Of a stretch of 64,000 nt of DNA, positions 1-12,654 are shown in pieces. The stretch comes from Lama guanicoe (lineage: Eukaryota), in NCBI GenBank assembly GCA_013239625.1, contig MU054391.1, positions 8,713,095 to 8,777,094 of the forward strand. The letters are read 5' to 3'. Position 1 is the first letter of the stretch. Every line of letters starts with the position of its first letter. The notes beneath the pieces are model-generated. The model saw only the letters and a program-made list of their open reading frames with translations, made no database searches and was not told where the DNA came from. A program made the translations under genes and the position numbers.

Positions 1-199
1 AGTAAAAATGTATATATAAGTGGTAGAAATCAAGTTAATAATTACTTTCTGTAACCTAGTAAGAGGTTGTAGGAAAGAAACCTAGAGTGGTAATAGCCAC
101 CAAAAAGAAGCAAATAATTGTGAAGAGCCAAACGGACTTAGGTCAATTTGTGAATATTATGGTTTGTCCTCAAATTCATATACAAATAACATTCAAGCA

Positions 200-965
200 G
201 AGGAGCTGCATTTTAAGTGGCTATCTAAGAAAAATAACTGTCAATATACAGTGAAGAGTCAATATAATCCAGATCATGTTTTCCAAACATAATACATCAA
301 ATTAAACATGTATTTATATATAATATATCTCTGTCTCTTTCACATACACATAGATAAAAATGGGAGACTTAAAAAATGCAATAATAACCAAAGCACAGAT
401 CAAGAAAAAATACAGTGAAAATAGCAAAGTTTTAGATGGAATAATCAAAGTAAAACAACAGAAAACAAACAATATGTCAAAACATGAGGCTTTCAGCCAA
501 GCCTGTACCTGGAAGGGAATATACAATCTTAAGAACATATATTTAAGGGCAGAATGATGGTAAATTAAGTCACGGTTTCAAATTAAAAAAACAAAACTTA
601 AGACAAAAATCATCAGAGTAAACCCGAAGAATATAATAAAGAATTAACTACGTGAAAACAAAAAGTAACAGAAGCCACTCCTTCAGAAAGTCTAATAAAA
701 CAGACGCAGATCTAGCAAGAGTAATCAGGAAGCCATCACAGAGAAGCAAAGCTGAGTAATACTGAGAATAAGAGAAGAGACAGCTACAGCTACATAGAGA
801 AATACTTATAAACTAAGAAATACTAAAGACAAATAAACTACAAAATTACTCAGGAGAATATAAATGAAAACATAGATTACACACACAATTTTAGAAAAAC
901 ATATGCCACCAAAATAAAATGTTAAATCAAAATCCTAAATAATTCGGTACCTATCAGAAATCCTA
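200..965 (+). mobile_element. Old, degraded L1 (L1M-type) ORF2 fragment, end of endonuclease to linker region
   Basis: A-rich sequence with decayed L1 ORF2 landmarks (atcatgttttccaaacataatacatcaaattaa; ctcttcagaaagtctaataaaacagac; ttttagaaaaacatatgccaccaaaa). Recognised by eye. Confidence 0.6.
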
Positions 966-1084
966 TCTGTAGGGGGGAAAATGCACTACCTCAGCTTGTG
1001 AGCAAACTCAGACAAAATCATCAGAGCTGCAGGGAGAACCCACAGCTTATGAGCAAGCACTGCCCATGTTAGCCAAGCGCAGAA

Positions 1085-2575
1085 CAGTTCCTTCAAGGTT
1101 TTCAACTGACTTCCGATCCATCAGAGGAATCTACAGCAGCTTTGGCCTTATGAAATATATTTCTTAAATAAAGACTTAAAAGTTAAAATGACTCCCTGAT
1201 CCATGGGCTGCAGATTGGATGTTGTATTATTCATTATGAAAACAACAATAATCTTGTACATCTCTGTCAAAGCTCTTGAGAGACCAGGGGCATTGTCAAC
1301 GAGCAGTAATATTTTGAAAGAAATCTCTTTTTCTGAGTGGTAGGTCTCAACAGTGAGCTTACAAATTCAGTAAACCATGTTGTCAACAGATGCGGTGTCA
1401 CCCAGGCTATGTAGTTCTATTTTTAGAGCACAGGCAGGGTAGATTTAGTATAGTTCTTAAGACCCTGGGGTGATCAGAGTGGTAAATGAGCATTGGCTTC
1501 AACTTCAAGTCTCCAGTTGCATTAGCCCCTAACATTGATTGTCAGCCTGTCCTTTGAAGCACTGAAGTCAGAAACTGACTTCTCCTCTTTAGCTGTGAAA
1601 GTGCTAGATGGAATCTTCTTCCAATATAAGATGTTTCATCTACATTGAAAATCCATGGCTTAGTGTAGCCACCTTCATTAATAATCTCAGCTAGATCTTC
1701 CAGATAACTATGCTGCCATCTTTGTACTTTTATGTTATAGAGACGGCTCTTTTCCTTCATCCTCGTGAACCTTTCTCTGCAGGCTTCAAACTTCTCTTCT
1801 GCAGCTTCCTCACATCTCTCAGCCTTCATGGAATTGAAAAGAGTCCGAGCCTTGCTCTGGATTAGGCTTTGGCTTAAAGGAATATTGTGGCTGGTTTGAT
1901 CCTCTATCCAGACCACTAAAGCTTTATCCATATCAAGAAGAAGGCTGCTGGCTTTCATATCATTCGTGTGTTCACTGGAGGGGCACTTTTAATTTCCTTC
2001 CAGAGCTTTTCCTTTGCATCACAACTTGGCTGACTGGTGCAAGAGGCCTCACTTTAGGCCTGTCTCAGCTTTCGACACGCCTGCCTCAATAAGTTTAACC
2101 GGTTCTAGCATTTGACCTAGAGTGAGAGATGTGTGACTACTCTTTTCACTTGAACATTAGAGGCCATTGTGGGGTTATTAATTGGCCTGATTTCAATATT
2201 GTTGTGTCTCAGGGAGTAGGGTGGCCCAAGGCGATGGAGAGAGACAGAGGAACCGGTCGGTGGAGCAGTGAGAGCACATACACACATTGATCAATTAAGT
2301 TCACCATCTCATGGACACAGCTTGTGCTGCCCCCAAACAATTACAATAGTAACATCACTGATCACAGACCATCATAACATATAATAATAATAAAAAGTTT
2401 GAAATATTGTGAGAAGTGCCAAACCATGACACACAGACGTGAAATGAGCAAATGCTGCTGGAAAAACAGTGCTAATAGACTTGCCTGATGCAAGGTTGAC
2501 ACAAACCTTCAACTTGTGGAAACACAGTATCTGGGAAGCACAATAAAGTGAAACACAATAAAAGGAGGTGCCCTG
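1085..2575 (-). mobile_element. Tigger1 (TcMar-Tigger) DNA transposon; 5' end present, 3' end truncated
   Basis: Reverse complement from 2575 reads cagggcacctccttttattgtgtttcactttattgtgcttcccagatactg, matching the Tigger1 5' end. ORF 1542-1958 translates to the Tigger1 transposase segment VVWIEDQTSHNIPLSQSLIQSKA...FNVDET. Confidence 0.95.
1090..2167 (-). pseudogene. Disrupted Tigger1 transposase (CENP-B-type HTH plus DDD domain)
   Basis: ATG at 2167-2165. Motifs [17 protein letters not shown] (about 1285-1320) and LQPMDQGV (about 1190-1212) are visible but separated by frameshifts, a stop and an internal deletion after KVQ. Confidence 0.9.
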
Positions 2576-3439
2576 CCCACGGTCCCCAAAGCTCAGTGCG
2601 TCCTCGACAAAACCATGTGTGTCAGCATCTTCAAGTTACATTCCAAACACAATTGTTAGCACTACAGAATGATGTTTGGGTGCTTTTAAAAGCCTTCCAT
2701 TTTTCAATAAATAAGATACACATCTTAGGTATCCTTGGCGCTAAGATGGACTCAAAGTTTCATCCTTACTGTGAACCAATTCTTGAACATAGATTCTTTT
2801 CCTGAACATTTCTATGTTTTATTTTATAATTAGTCCTTATTTTTGCCAAGCTTCGAGCAGAAAAAGTAATAAGAAAGGTGGAAGAAAATTTTGGAAGAGG
2901 AAATAAAGGAAGGGACAAAAGTGAACTCGGTGAAAAAAGTAATACTGTATACAAAGTGAGCGTGCACGTACAGAGCACAGTAATGTATCGCCTCCCATCA
3001 CATTTCTGCATGATGTAATGGACAGCTCCAGGCACTTGCCAGCAACACACATCAAGTCTGTATGTGATACCCTGGTATCTTTTATTTGCATGTTCTCCAA
3101 AGCCATAAAAGCTTTTTCAACCATGAGCAGTGCAACCAAATTATGAAGAAGTTAGTGTGGACAGGGATAAATCTAATAGGAAATTTATTCCCCAACAGCT
3201 GCAAATGCCCTCCAGTGAAACAATTTTTGAGGCAGAACCAAAGATACAAAGCAATTGCTTGTTAATATCCACAACAATTGTTTGGTGATTGAAAAATTAT
3301 TTTTAAAGAATTGTATGTCCTAAACTGAGAGTTTTTTATTTAAAAAAAAAAAGAGTTTCATTACATGGTTTTATTATAAGAAAAATGTCTGTGGGTTTGG
3401 GGCTGCAATATTATGCACTGTAATTTTTCCCTTTTGATA

Positions 3440-4330
3440 AGCTGAGATAATATTCCAGGAAATATAGTTATGAATAAAAATTGATTTCCAGGAAAAAATT
3501 GCTGAAGATTAGTAGGAGGTATCTATATTAAAAGGAATTAAGCAAAATACAAAATGGACAACATAATGATTTAGAAGTATGTATTGCAAGAATGTGAAGA
3601 TCTTTTTCCTACCATTACAAAATCAGTTAGGGTAACTCACACATTAACAAATTAGAGGAAAATAAACAATTTGAATGTTTCAGTAAATAACAAAAAGACA
3701 TTCACATATATTCAATAGAATTTTTTTAAAATAAAGATGAATTAGAAAACAGAGATATATTACTGTATTACCTGATATACATATGAAAATTTGTGTTCTC
3801 CCTATAAGTTACTAAATTATTATAATTTATAGTAGAATTTAGAAAAGTTTCTGGACACAAGGTCCAATAACAAGAGTTGATTGCAAATCTATGCACCTCA
3901 AGTGAAAATGAGAACATACAGTCTGAAATAATAGATATTTTAATAGTGACAAAAATATAGGGTGCCTAATATTACATTTAACAAAGCACAAAATGTTTCT
4001 CTAAGAATTAAGTTTAAAATTGTCCGTATTCTTGGATAGGATGTCCTACTATTTTAAACATGTCTGTTTTCTCTAAATTAATCTGTAGATTCAATGCAGT
4101 TCTAATAAAATTACACAATTATAAAAATCATTAAAAAGAATAAGGATACTAAAATGTGGAAAGACTAGCATGTTCATGGACAATATCTCAATTTTGTAAT
4201 ATTATACTATATGTCTGTCTATATATTTGCTGTAAATTTGTGTAATAGATCAGTTTAAATTATTCCTGAGTTTAAAATAATGAGTGAAAGGCAAAAATAA
4301 TAACTTTGAATAAGAACAAGGAAATGTTAT
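3440..4330 (+). mobile_element. Old L1M ORF2 (RT region) fragment, possibly the continuation of the 200-965 piece
   Basis: Decayed L1 motifs aaaatcagttagggtaactcacacattaac, gaaaagtttctggacacaaggtccaata, ctaaattaatctgtagattcaatgcagttctaataaaa. Confidence 0.7.
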
Positions 4331-6099
4331 ATTCCATAGGTATCTGCCCTTAACCTACCCTGTTCGGTTTCTTTCTTTCTTCGCTAATAGCTCGGCTGAG
4401 GACATTACAAGGGTGACATATTGTCAAATTCACCTCTGGTGTATGGTTACGATTGTTAGGTCATAGGCCACACCACAGAGCCCAGCTCCAAAACGCTTTT
4501 GACAGGTTCGGACAAGAGGCATAATTTCCTTGAAATGTAACATGGAACATGAAAAATTACACGTCGGAGACTAAAACTTTTATGCAAAATTGTGTAATCG
4601 GGTAATTTGATGTCTCTTCCAGAGTCTCCCACGTTCCAGGTGGGAATCAGACTTAGGGGTCATTCTAAATGCTGTTTCTCATCATTGTGCACAGTTCATC
4701 ACACTGAGCTCCCCAAGAGACAAGACACAACGAACTTCTGATTTTTACCACTGTCTTCTGCCCTAGGTAACTGAGACACACAACTAGAGTAAAACAAAAA
4801 TCCTCCTTATCATGTTCTCTCTTGAAAAGGACCTCACAATCACCTGTAAGACCCACTTCTATTTGTGACACATATGGCCTCCTTCTCAAGTACTTAATGA
4901 GGCCCAAACCCAAGAGACAAAGGGGGAGATTAAAAAAAAAAAAAGGTAGAATAGAAAAACAAATCTTAGATAGACTAGATCCCCATGGAGTGAACTGAAT
5001 AAAGCTCTGAGTTTATCCTTCCCCCAGACCTCTTAGCTTCTGGCATGCTTACATATTTCCTTTTATTTTTGAGATTGCAGCAACATTTCTGCTTGTTCAT
5101 CCTGAAAAGGGTAGGAGACAGTGGCCTCATCCTTACCCTGGGATTACACGAGTTCTGATAGCTGAATTTTGCTCGCTTCCAGGAGTTAGCAAAATATTCA
5201 TCTCTCTTTCTTGCAGGAAATTGATGTTCATCAGATTTTTTAACTAGATCAGACCACTATTAGCATTCAGTTTCAGAATAATATTTAGTAGTTACTTACA
5301 GATGGAGATTTCTCAGCTGCCCACAAAACTGGGAAGTTCAGCTCTAGATGTGTTCTTGAAGCAGAGAACTTTTGATCTGTAACAGCACAAAATGTTGCCA
5401 CACTTTTAATTTTAGTAATTTCAAGCATGCTTGTTGCTACAAATTGAAGATTCTGTTGCTTTCCCTGCAACGCAAGCTCCACACTTCTGGCTCGGTGATG
5501 CTTCATGCGGTTTATTAAACACTGCTTTGCAAAATTAGATAAACACAAGAGGGCTATCATATTAAGCAAAGTATAATTCGTTCCCCCCTTACTATAAGTT
5601 TATTCAATTAAATTACTTTAGACTTAGATGATACTGTTTAAAATTTCAGTAAGTAATTTGTTCAGCCATTGGAAAGAATTTAAGCGTTTGCAAGGAAACA
5701 TTTGCCTTACCTTTCTGCACTCCCAAACCAAGCTCAGAATGAAAGTAGGCTTGTTGGTTAATATATACCGGATATATCTGGTCCCTGTTACTCGTGTTCT
5801 GATAACAAACTGGTGATAAAAGCTCAGGGGTCTCATTTTAATAACAATAATTCAGGGAAAGAGGGGCAGGGTGTATGCAAACTTCAAACTTTCATCATGT
5901 AGGTCAGAGTGGTATTTTAAGCTCCCTCAGTGCCTACTTAAGTTTCCTTGTATGCGCAATAGTAACAAGGATGGAACAACTTAGTTCTATGAATTTTTAA
6001 GCTGTAATTATACCTGCCTAGATACTAATATTACGAGTGGCATGTCTGGAAACCATTGCCTGAATTCTGAGCAGAAATGACTTTGTTGATTATTATCTA

Positions 6100-6336
6100 A
6101 CGTTAAACCCTATGCTTTGAAGAGCCAAGTAACCCTGGCTTGAATCCAGACTTCAACTTGTCACGGTCTCTTACCTGGGGAGTTTACCTTAGCCTCTGTA
6201 AGCCTTTATTAATTCAACTATAAAATTTCAAAAATAGCTTATAGTTCAACCGCATAGTGGTGAGGATTAGGTAAAATTATACACCTAAAGTTCAAAGCAC
6301 AGTGTCTGGTACATAACATGTTCTTAAAAAGTGTGA
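6100..6336 (+). mobile_element. MIR SINE
   Basis: MIR core-like ggcttgaatccagacttc...accttagcctctgtaagcc...gtgaggattagg...agcacagtgtctggtacata. Confidence 0.75.
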
Positions 6337-6771
6337 ATTCCATTTTAGGAAGGATTGCTATAGGATTGCAATTGTCGATTCATTCTAGTGTTAAATGAGA
6401 CGTTGTTTCCTCCTATTTTTCAATAATAGAAACTTGCAAAGCGATGTTACTGTTCTGGTTGTGGTTGGGTTGGTTACTGCTGTTTTTCGTTTTTTCTCCA
6501 AGATAGCCAGGAAGCTTAGACCCCCAAATTATGCTAAACTGCACCAAATGTCTCATCCCAAATTCTTTGCATCTTATTCTTTTTTCAAGAATCCTCTGTT
6601 CTTCATTCTTTTCTGTATTTAAGCATTTATTTTTTATAACCTACCTCATATTCTTTCTAACTTTAATCTTAGCATTGGAAGTGATATGATTTATAACAAT
6701 CAAAATAAATGTACTTACTTAGGGATGTAAGTCATGATGGGGAGAGAAATTGACGGGGGAAAGCTTCACCA

Positions 6772-7307
6772 TGTAATATTGGTTGCTGATTAGATTAGGA
6801 GCTACAGCTGGTCAATATTCAAAAAAGCACAGGTCTTTGTATTCTAAGGCCTGAATGAAATCCCATGCACTACTTGGCATCTTTAAGCCTCATAGGGCCC
6901 CAAAGGTCTAGACATGGGTCTTTCTGCTCTCTGCAGATGTGCCCCCCACCTGACTCCTCACACTGTAGACTGGACCAGCTGTACCCAATCTGGGCTTCAA
7001 CCCAATGGGTTCTACCTCCTCACAAATGTGAGAGATTATTCAATAAATTAATCACACCCTCCTGCAGGTACTAAGAATTACTCTACCTTTCTGCACTATA
7101 AAGCCTGCCTCCCACAGTCCCCCGTGCAGCCCCACGTGGCCCTGCCTGGCATCTGGGATCCTCCTCCCTGAGGCTGTGAGCACAGGTGTCTCTGTAAACC
7201 ACTGTCCATCTCATCTGTCCAGTGTCAGGTGCCATGCACTTGGCTGGCTGTACTGTTTAGGACAGACATCCTTCCCTCATCACTGGAATGAAAGGAGATA
7301 ATCAGAA
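6772..7307 (+). mobile_element. Solo LTR, MER74-like (ERVL class)
   Basis: Starts tgtaat, TATA-like ctataaag at about 7097, and the 3' part ctgtccatctcatctgtccagtgtcaggtg...ccttccctcatcactggaatgaaaggag matches my recollection of the MER74 3' end. Confidence 0.75.
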
Positions 7308-8139
7308 GGGTTATGAATGCTAGTGGATTGGATCAGGGGTCAAAAGTGGACCAGGAGGGACAAGAACTCTGTTGATGTTCTTCACGTGGCCTTTTACAGC
7401 CTCCTTCAAAGAAATATTGGCTTGGGGGAGACCAGTTCTTGGTCCCCCTATTATTTTCTCTACTGGTTTGGACGTTATGGTTTAAATTTTTATTACTTTA
7501 GTGATTGTTCTTATGTTTTAACACACAGTAGGTCATATCGTGATAATGGATTTTATTCTCATCTTCTGGAAGAAATAAAAAGATGTGTCATCATTTTATA
7601 CAGATTATGTAGAAGAGTGTGATGCCTGTTTGCTTTACATATACAATATAATTTATGAGTAGTATGTAAGTTCTTTGTAGCCATATGTAATTATATTATA
7701 CTTATTATCTTTATAAACTCATTACTTCCACCCCTGCTTTTCCATCCCTCTCCTGAGTCTAGTGGAAGCTCAGCTGTCTGATCCGCACGGTGTTTGACCT
7801 CAGAGCCACATCTGCCTGTTTATTGTCCCACGGCCAGTTGTCTGACGATTCTGCACCCATATACAAAGGAGTGTCTTTATTATGTTTCTTGACCTGAGAG
7901 ACATTTTTCTAATTTTTATCATTCTTATCACAGATTTATCTTTTATCATAGCTTCATTGCTTCATCATCTCAATTTACTATTATAATTTATCCAGAAGCA
8001 TTTTGTTTTTGTTGGTTTCTGGGGCTAAAAGACTGATCCTACAGGAATTAATAAAGCCATCTTAAGAGGAAATCAACAGTGGACTCAAGAAATTTTGCAG
8101 CAATCCTGATTGAATTTGTGTCATTCCTAAACAAGGATC

Positions 8140-8740
8140 CAATCATTCACTTAACAAATGCCTATGTGTCTCCTTTTGTGCCAAGCTCTGCTCTAAGGGT
8201 TAGGGGGAATACAGAGAAGCTCCTAAAGATGATTTGTACTCAGTCCCAAACTCCAACGGTCCCGTAATCTGCCTGAGTAATAGGCACATTTGTGCCATCC
8301 TATTACACCACAGTTAGTATTATAATAGACACACACACCGGATGTTACCTGTGTATTTTGATGAGGCGAGAATAAGCGATTATTTCTACCTGGGTGGTAG
8401 AATGTTGGAAAAAGCTTCACAGTGAAATTATTCTTTGAATTGGACCTTGAAGTGTTAATAAGATTTAGCCAAGCAAGGATAAAGGAATGCCAAAGGGAAG
8501 GCGAGACCAAGCAGAAGCAAAGGGCATAGTAGTTCATTCATTCCTCACCAACGGATTATCAGCCGATTGAATAAACACTAACCTAGGACTTTGGGCTAAA
8601 TATTATGCAAGGCAGATATGGAGAAACAAACCCTGCTGCCCGGAAGCAGAGGTCACGGGGGAGGGAGGTAATAAAACAGTCACGGTGCAGCCAGCTCCGT
8701 GGAAGGACAAGCAAGCACAGAACTTCGAAGTGTTCGTGTC
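8140..8740 (-). mobile_element. L2 LINE 3' fragments (probably two pieces)
   Basis: Antisense L2 tail patterns cattcacttaacaaatgcctatgtg...gtgccaagctctg at about 8143 and ttcattcattc at about 8533. Confidence 0.55.
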
Positions 8741-10449
8741 ATAGGAAGGCATCTCCCCGAGCATCACTAGTTTAGACAATTGCTTTTTCCGATAATGAAA
8801 ATAGAAGCAAAATCTCAGAAGAGTCTAATGGAATCACTTTCCAAACACCAGCCTCCTAAGTCCTCTCTCTCTCTGCTTCACCTCCTACCTCTTGCCCACA
8901 TTAAAAGTGCATTTCATTTGTCCTAAATTCATCTCATTCCCCCAATTTTCCTGAAGTGCCTTCAGTCATCCCACTTCGCAGCCCTCTGTGCACTCACTTG
9001 TTGCCAGCGTCAGATTCACCTTCAATTCTGAGTGACAGCTTTGGGAAACAGCCCAATTAGAACCCAGCTAATGAGCCCTCCACGGGCTCCTCTAATAGCC
9101 AAATGACTGTTTACTTTCATCTTCTGAATTAAGAAAGAGACTGCAAGTGAAGGAAGAGTTGAGAATAAAGAAGGACTAATTGAATCAGAAAAACACCTGG
9201 GCTTCTCAACATAGATTTCTTTATGTACTTTAATCCGATGTTGTTTAAAAGGTGTAAAGGTTTTTAAACATGCTAATTACGTGCTATAAGGAAAGCAGAC
9301 TTTCAGTAAGAACTAAGAATTAACAGCATCAAGAAAAAAATCAGGAAACAAAGGAATTTTATAGCCTTTTACCCTAGAGTACTTTTTATGTGAAAACACC
9401 AAATGAAATATTCTTTTTAAAATCGTATTTATTATGATTACATAGTAAAAGTGAGATATATTCCAAGGCTGTTATTTGCAAATATTTCCATATTTGAGTG
9501 AAAAATTTTACCCATTAAGTGAAAAACCCTGAGTTGTCATTGAAAAGTCATAAAGAGTGTCTACTGTGTATCTTTTTTTTCTTTTTATGGTTCCTGAGAA
9601 GCAGCTGTTAGAGGCTACATTTGATGCTGGAATAGCCGACTGCAGTGACAGACCACTGGGACTCCAAGGTGACAATCGCTTTATTTTAATTGTTTCTAAA
9701 TGTGCAGTGACTGCAGGAATCTCTAACAATGTGAATACTTAATAACCCATGATTACCGTGTACCCCTCTGCCTTTATCCTCATCAGAAACATGGATACCA
9801 GCTGCCTCTTTTTCATAAGAGATCAACTATTATTGTGAATGAATGATCTGTTGTCAGTGATGTGAACACTCAGATCGAATAACAGAGTTACTCTCACACA
9901 CAAGAGCACAGAACCTTTTGGATTTGACCTAGGTAAGAAGGTAAAGTGGAAAAAAATCTCAATATTTGACACTCTGAGATACGCCTTTTTAGATTCTTTC
10001 TTTATTCCTACCATGATACTCCTTCCCACTCCAGAGTTGTGTTCCTACGCAACCTGTGGTAAATGGTGATCATGGAAGTACTTTCTCACTTCCATCAGCC
10101 CGAGTCTCTCACACCTGACTAACTTCTAGCCATGTGGGTTCAGAAAGATGTGCAGCACTCCACACGTCTCCTATGTACCTCTTTTCCAACAGTTGACTTT
10201 TTATGCATTGCGGATGCCATTTTTAATTCCACCACAGCAGCGCCAACTGACTTTGATATGTTTCTGCAGTTTCTTCCTACATACCCCAATCGTGTCCTAA
10301 TCAGCATTGCCACCTGCTGAGTCGGCATGCAGGTTTATTATTCTAGAAATATACAGAGACAATGGCAGTTTTGCACAGTGCAAAGAATATATCATTTAAA
10401 GACAGTTTGAGTTGGGTTCATATAAAGATCCTGGAACTTAAGGTTCTTC

Positions 10450-11690
10450 TTTGTGAATAACAACAAAATGCTGGAATCTAGGTACATTCCCAAGGCATAC
10501 AAAGTGTCCAAGACAGACAAAAATGCACACTTCATGAAAATAGATTAAAGTATATGGGCTCAAATTAAAATTATACCTTGTCTCCACTTTATTCGCTGCA
10601 GCATTCTTTAAAAAAGAGTTGACTCAAATAGGAATGCCCTTTAAAATGAAGAAACAGCCTAACAAGTTATAGGATAAAACTTATGTATTTAAATAATAGA
10701 GAAAATGAAGAGTAAAGGAAACGAATTCAAGGCAGCTACTGTGTATCAGAATGAAATTAAATAGATGGTAGACAAATGGTTCATGCAAAGTGTTTTATGT
10801 GGCCTCAAAGATATTAAGGAGATCATTTACTTGGACCAAAAAAATTCAATGAATAAATAAAGCAAGAGAAGGCTAGGCAATTTTTGATGGCAGAGTCCAG
10901 GAAACTGAAGAGAAATATAAAACAAAATTAGAAGCAATACATTTAAAATAAACCCAGCTCACACCAATCAAGGAGAGAAGGTACATGTTGAAGGCAAAAA
11001 CTAAAACAAAGTGTAGTAAATATAAGAGGCAGGATGATGTAGAATATGGTGTCATGTGGATGTAAGAGGCAGACTGGGGTGAAACCACCCACTACTTGGC
11101 CGCCAAGTATCCTTGAACAAGTTACTTTTAATTCTCTTGTGTCTTAAGATTGTTTCCATGTACTCTTAGGTTCGTTCCACATACTACATGAGATAGTGAA
11201 TAAGTAGAACTTAACACGGTGCCTGACATGCAGCCAGAGCTTCACAAATGCTAGTTATTATACAAAAATGAGAATCGGATAAAAGAGATTCACTATATAT
11301 ATATGGAGACAAAGACAATGGAAAAAATTCTTCAGATTAATTTATTTGACTCTGGAGAATGAAAAGGCGCATCTTATTCTCGGAAGTATTGATGCAAAAT
11401 TCTCAAAAAAAAAAATTCTCAACTCCATAACTTACTTGAAGAAGTTACTGAATTTTCAGAATAAAAAAATTTCAGAACCCCAGAAAGTGTTACATAAAGT
11501 TAAAAAAAAAAAAAAAGGTCAGACTGACAGACTGACATATTATTTTTCCATATGAAATTTCAATGACATGACAATAGAGATTCACTTCAAAGATCTTACA
11601 GAAAAAAGATAGCATGAGCCAAGAACACTAGGACCCATGGAGAAGACCTCCACACGTAAGGACAGCACACAGAAAGGATAAATACTTTGG
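10450..11690 (+). mobile_element. Very old L1ME/HAL1-like ORF1-region fragments, interrupted by a MIR
   Basis: A-rich decayed ORF1-like tracts (gaaaaggcgcatcttattctcggaag; gaagttactgaattttcagaataaa; ttcaaagatcttacagaaaaaag...gagccaagaa). Confidence 0.45.
11025..11260 (+). mobile_element. MIR SINE
   Basis: ccttgaacaagttactttta...acttaacacggtgcctgacatgcag...caaatgctagttatta. Confidence 0.7.
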
Positions 11691-11829
11691 AAGATAGTCA
11701 CTGTCTTGGGTCTTTTGCATTAAATTTGTACACTGCATTATAGTCTTTCAGTCTCTGCATATTTTAATCAATTTAAATATATTTCATAACAAAAGAAAAA
11801 CGTATTTTCACCTAAAAAAGAAGACAATT

Positions 11830-12020
11830 TTGGTTGAACTTGGAGTCCAAAATGCAATTACTTGTGCCTCAGTTTCCACTAGTTGTGTGTGATTGTGGGT
11901 AAAGCAAATAACCTGGCTGAGCCCCACTTCCTCATTTGTCCTGAGCAGTGGTGCAGATCCACATAATCTGGAACTGAATGAAGTGTTTCTGTAAAGCGTT
12001 CACTCTGCACATGATAAAGA
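11830..12020 (+). mobile_element. MIR SINE
   Basis: ccactagttgtgtgtgattgtgggtaaagcaaataacctggctgagccccacttcctcatttgt. Confidence 0.6.
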
Positions 12021-12654
12021 TTATTCAGTTTCACTCTTTCTGCTCAGACGGTGAGCAATCAAGTAGAGGAAGATCACAAATTATTTCTTCCCATAAAAAA
12101 GAAATCATGTCAGGATAAAGTATGTCATACAAATGCATGGAGAGTCTTGTGTTCTGCGCAACATGGTCAACTTTCTCAAAAGTTTTTACCTCATCGATAA
12201 TATATCACTATTCTCTTTGAAGTCGTTTCCTCCTAAGGAGTTCCACTGTTCAAAATTCAGCATCTTGAACTTTTTTTTTCTTTCACACCAAACATCAATA
12301 ATATTCTAACCAACTACCCTTATATGGAATAAAAAAAGGATATCAAAAGAAATAAGAAATCCGAGTTTTGGTTATTTAGATACAGTTACTAAAAGGACAG
12401 ACTATGTGAAAATCTCACCCTTCTGGCACAGAAGCACCTTAATGGTGCCTCTAAGATAACAGAATGAATTACCCACCATAGAAGGGGACTTCAGGCTCTG
12501 TGCATTCTCTCAGGACCTGCTGCTCAATTGCCTATAACAGGATCCATTAAATTTCCAACCTGCATCACCACCAGTCCTAGACTTTGTCCAACCTCAACAT
12601 GGGGCAGAAAATATTGAAAAGGCATCTCTTTACCTCACCCCCAGTAAATAATAA

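Noticed and set aside
992..1056. 14-bp near-direct repeat cagcttRtgagcaa with a 37-nt spacer (CRISPR-like spacing)
   Set aside because: Only two units, too short, in mammalian DNA, no cas genes.
1542..1958. 138-aa ORF resembling TIGD1
   Set aside because: Lies in a frameshifted, truncated Tigger1 copy with its transposon end still attached; not an intact domesticated gene.
5053..5101. Additional minus-strand 49-nt exon-like segment (ctcctacccttttcag|...TAT|gtaagc)
   Set aside because: Would introduce a stop after the 5300 exon, so left out of the chain; it also shows how common splice-like sites are here.
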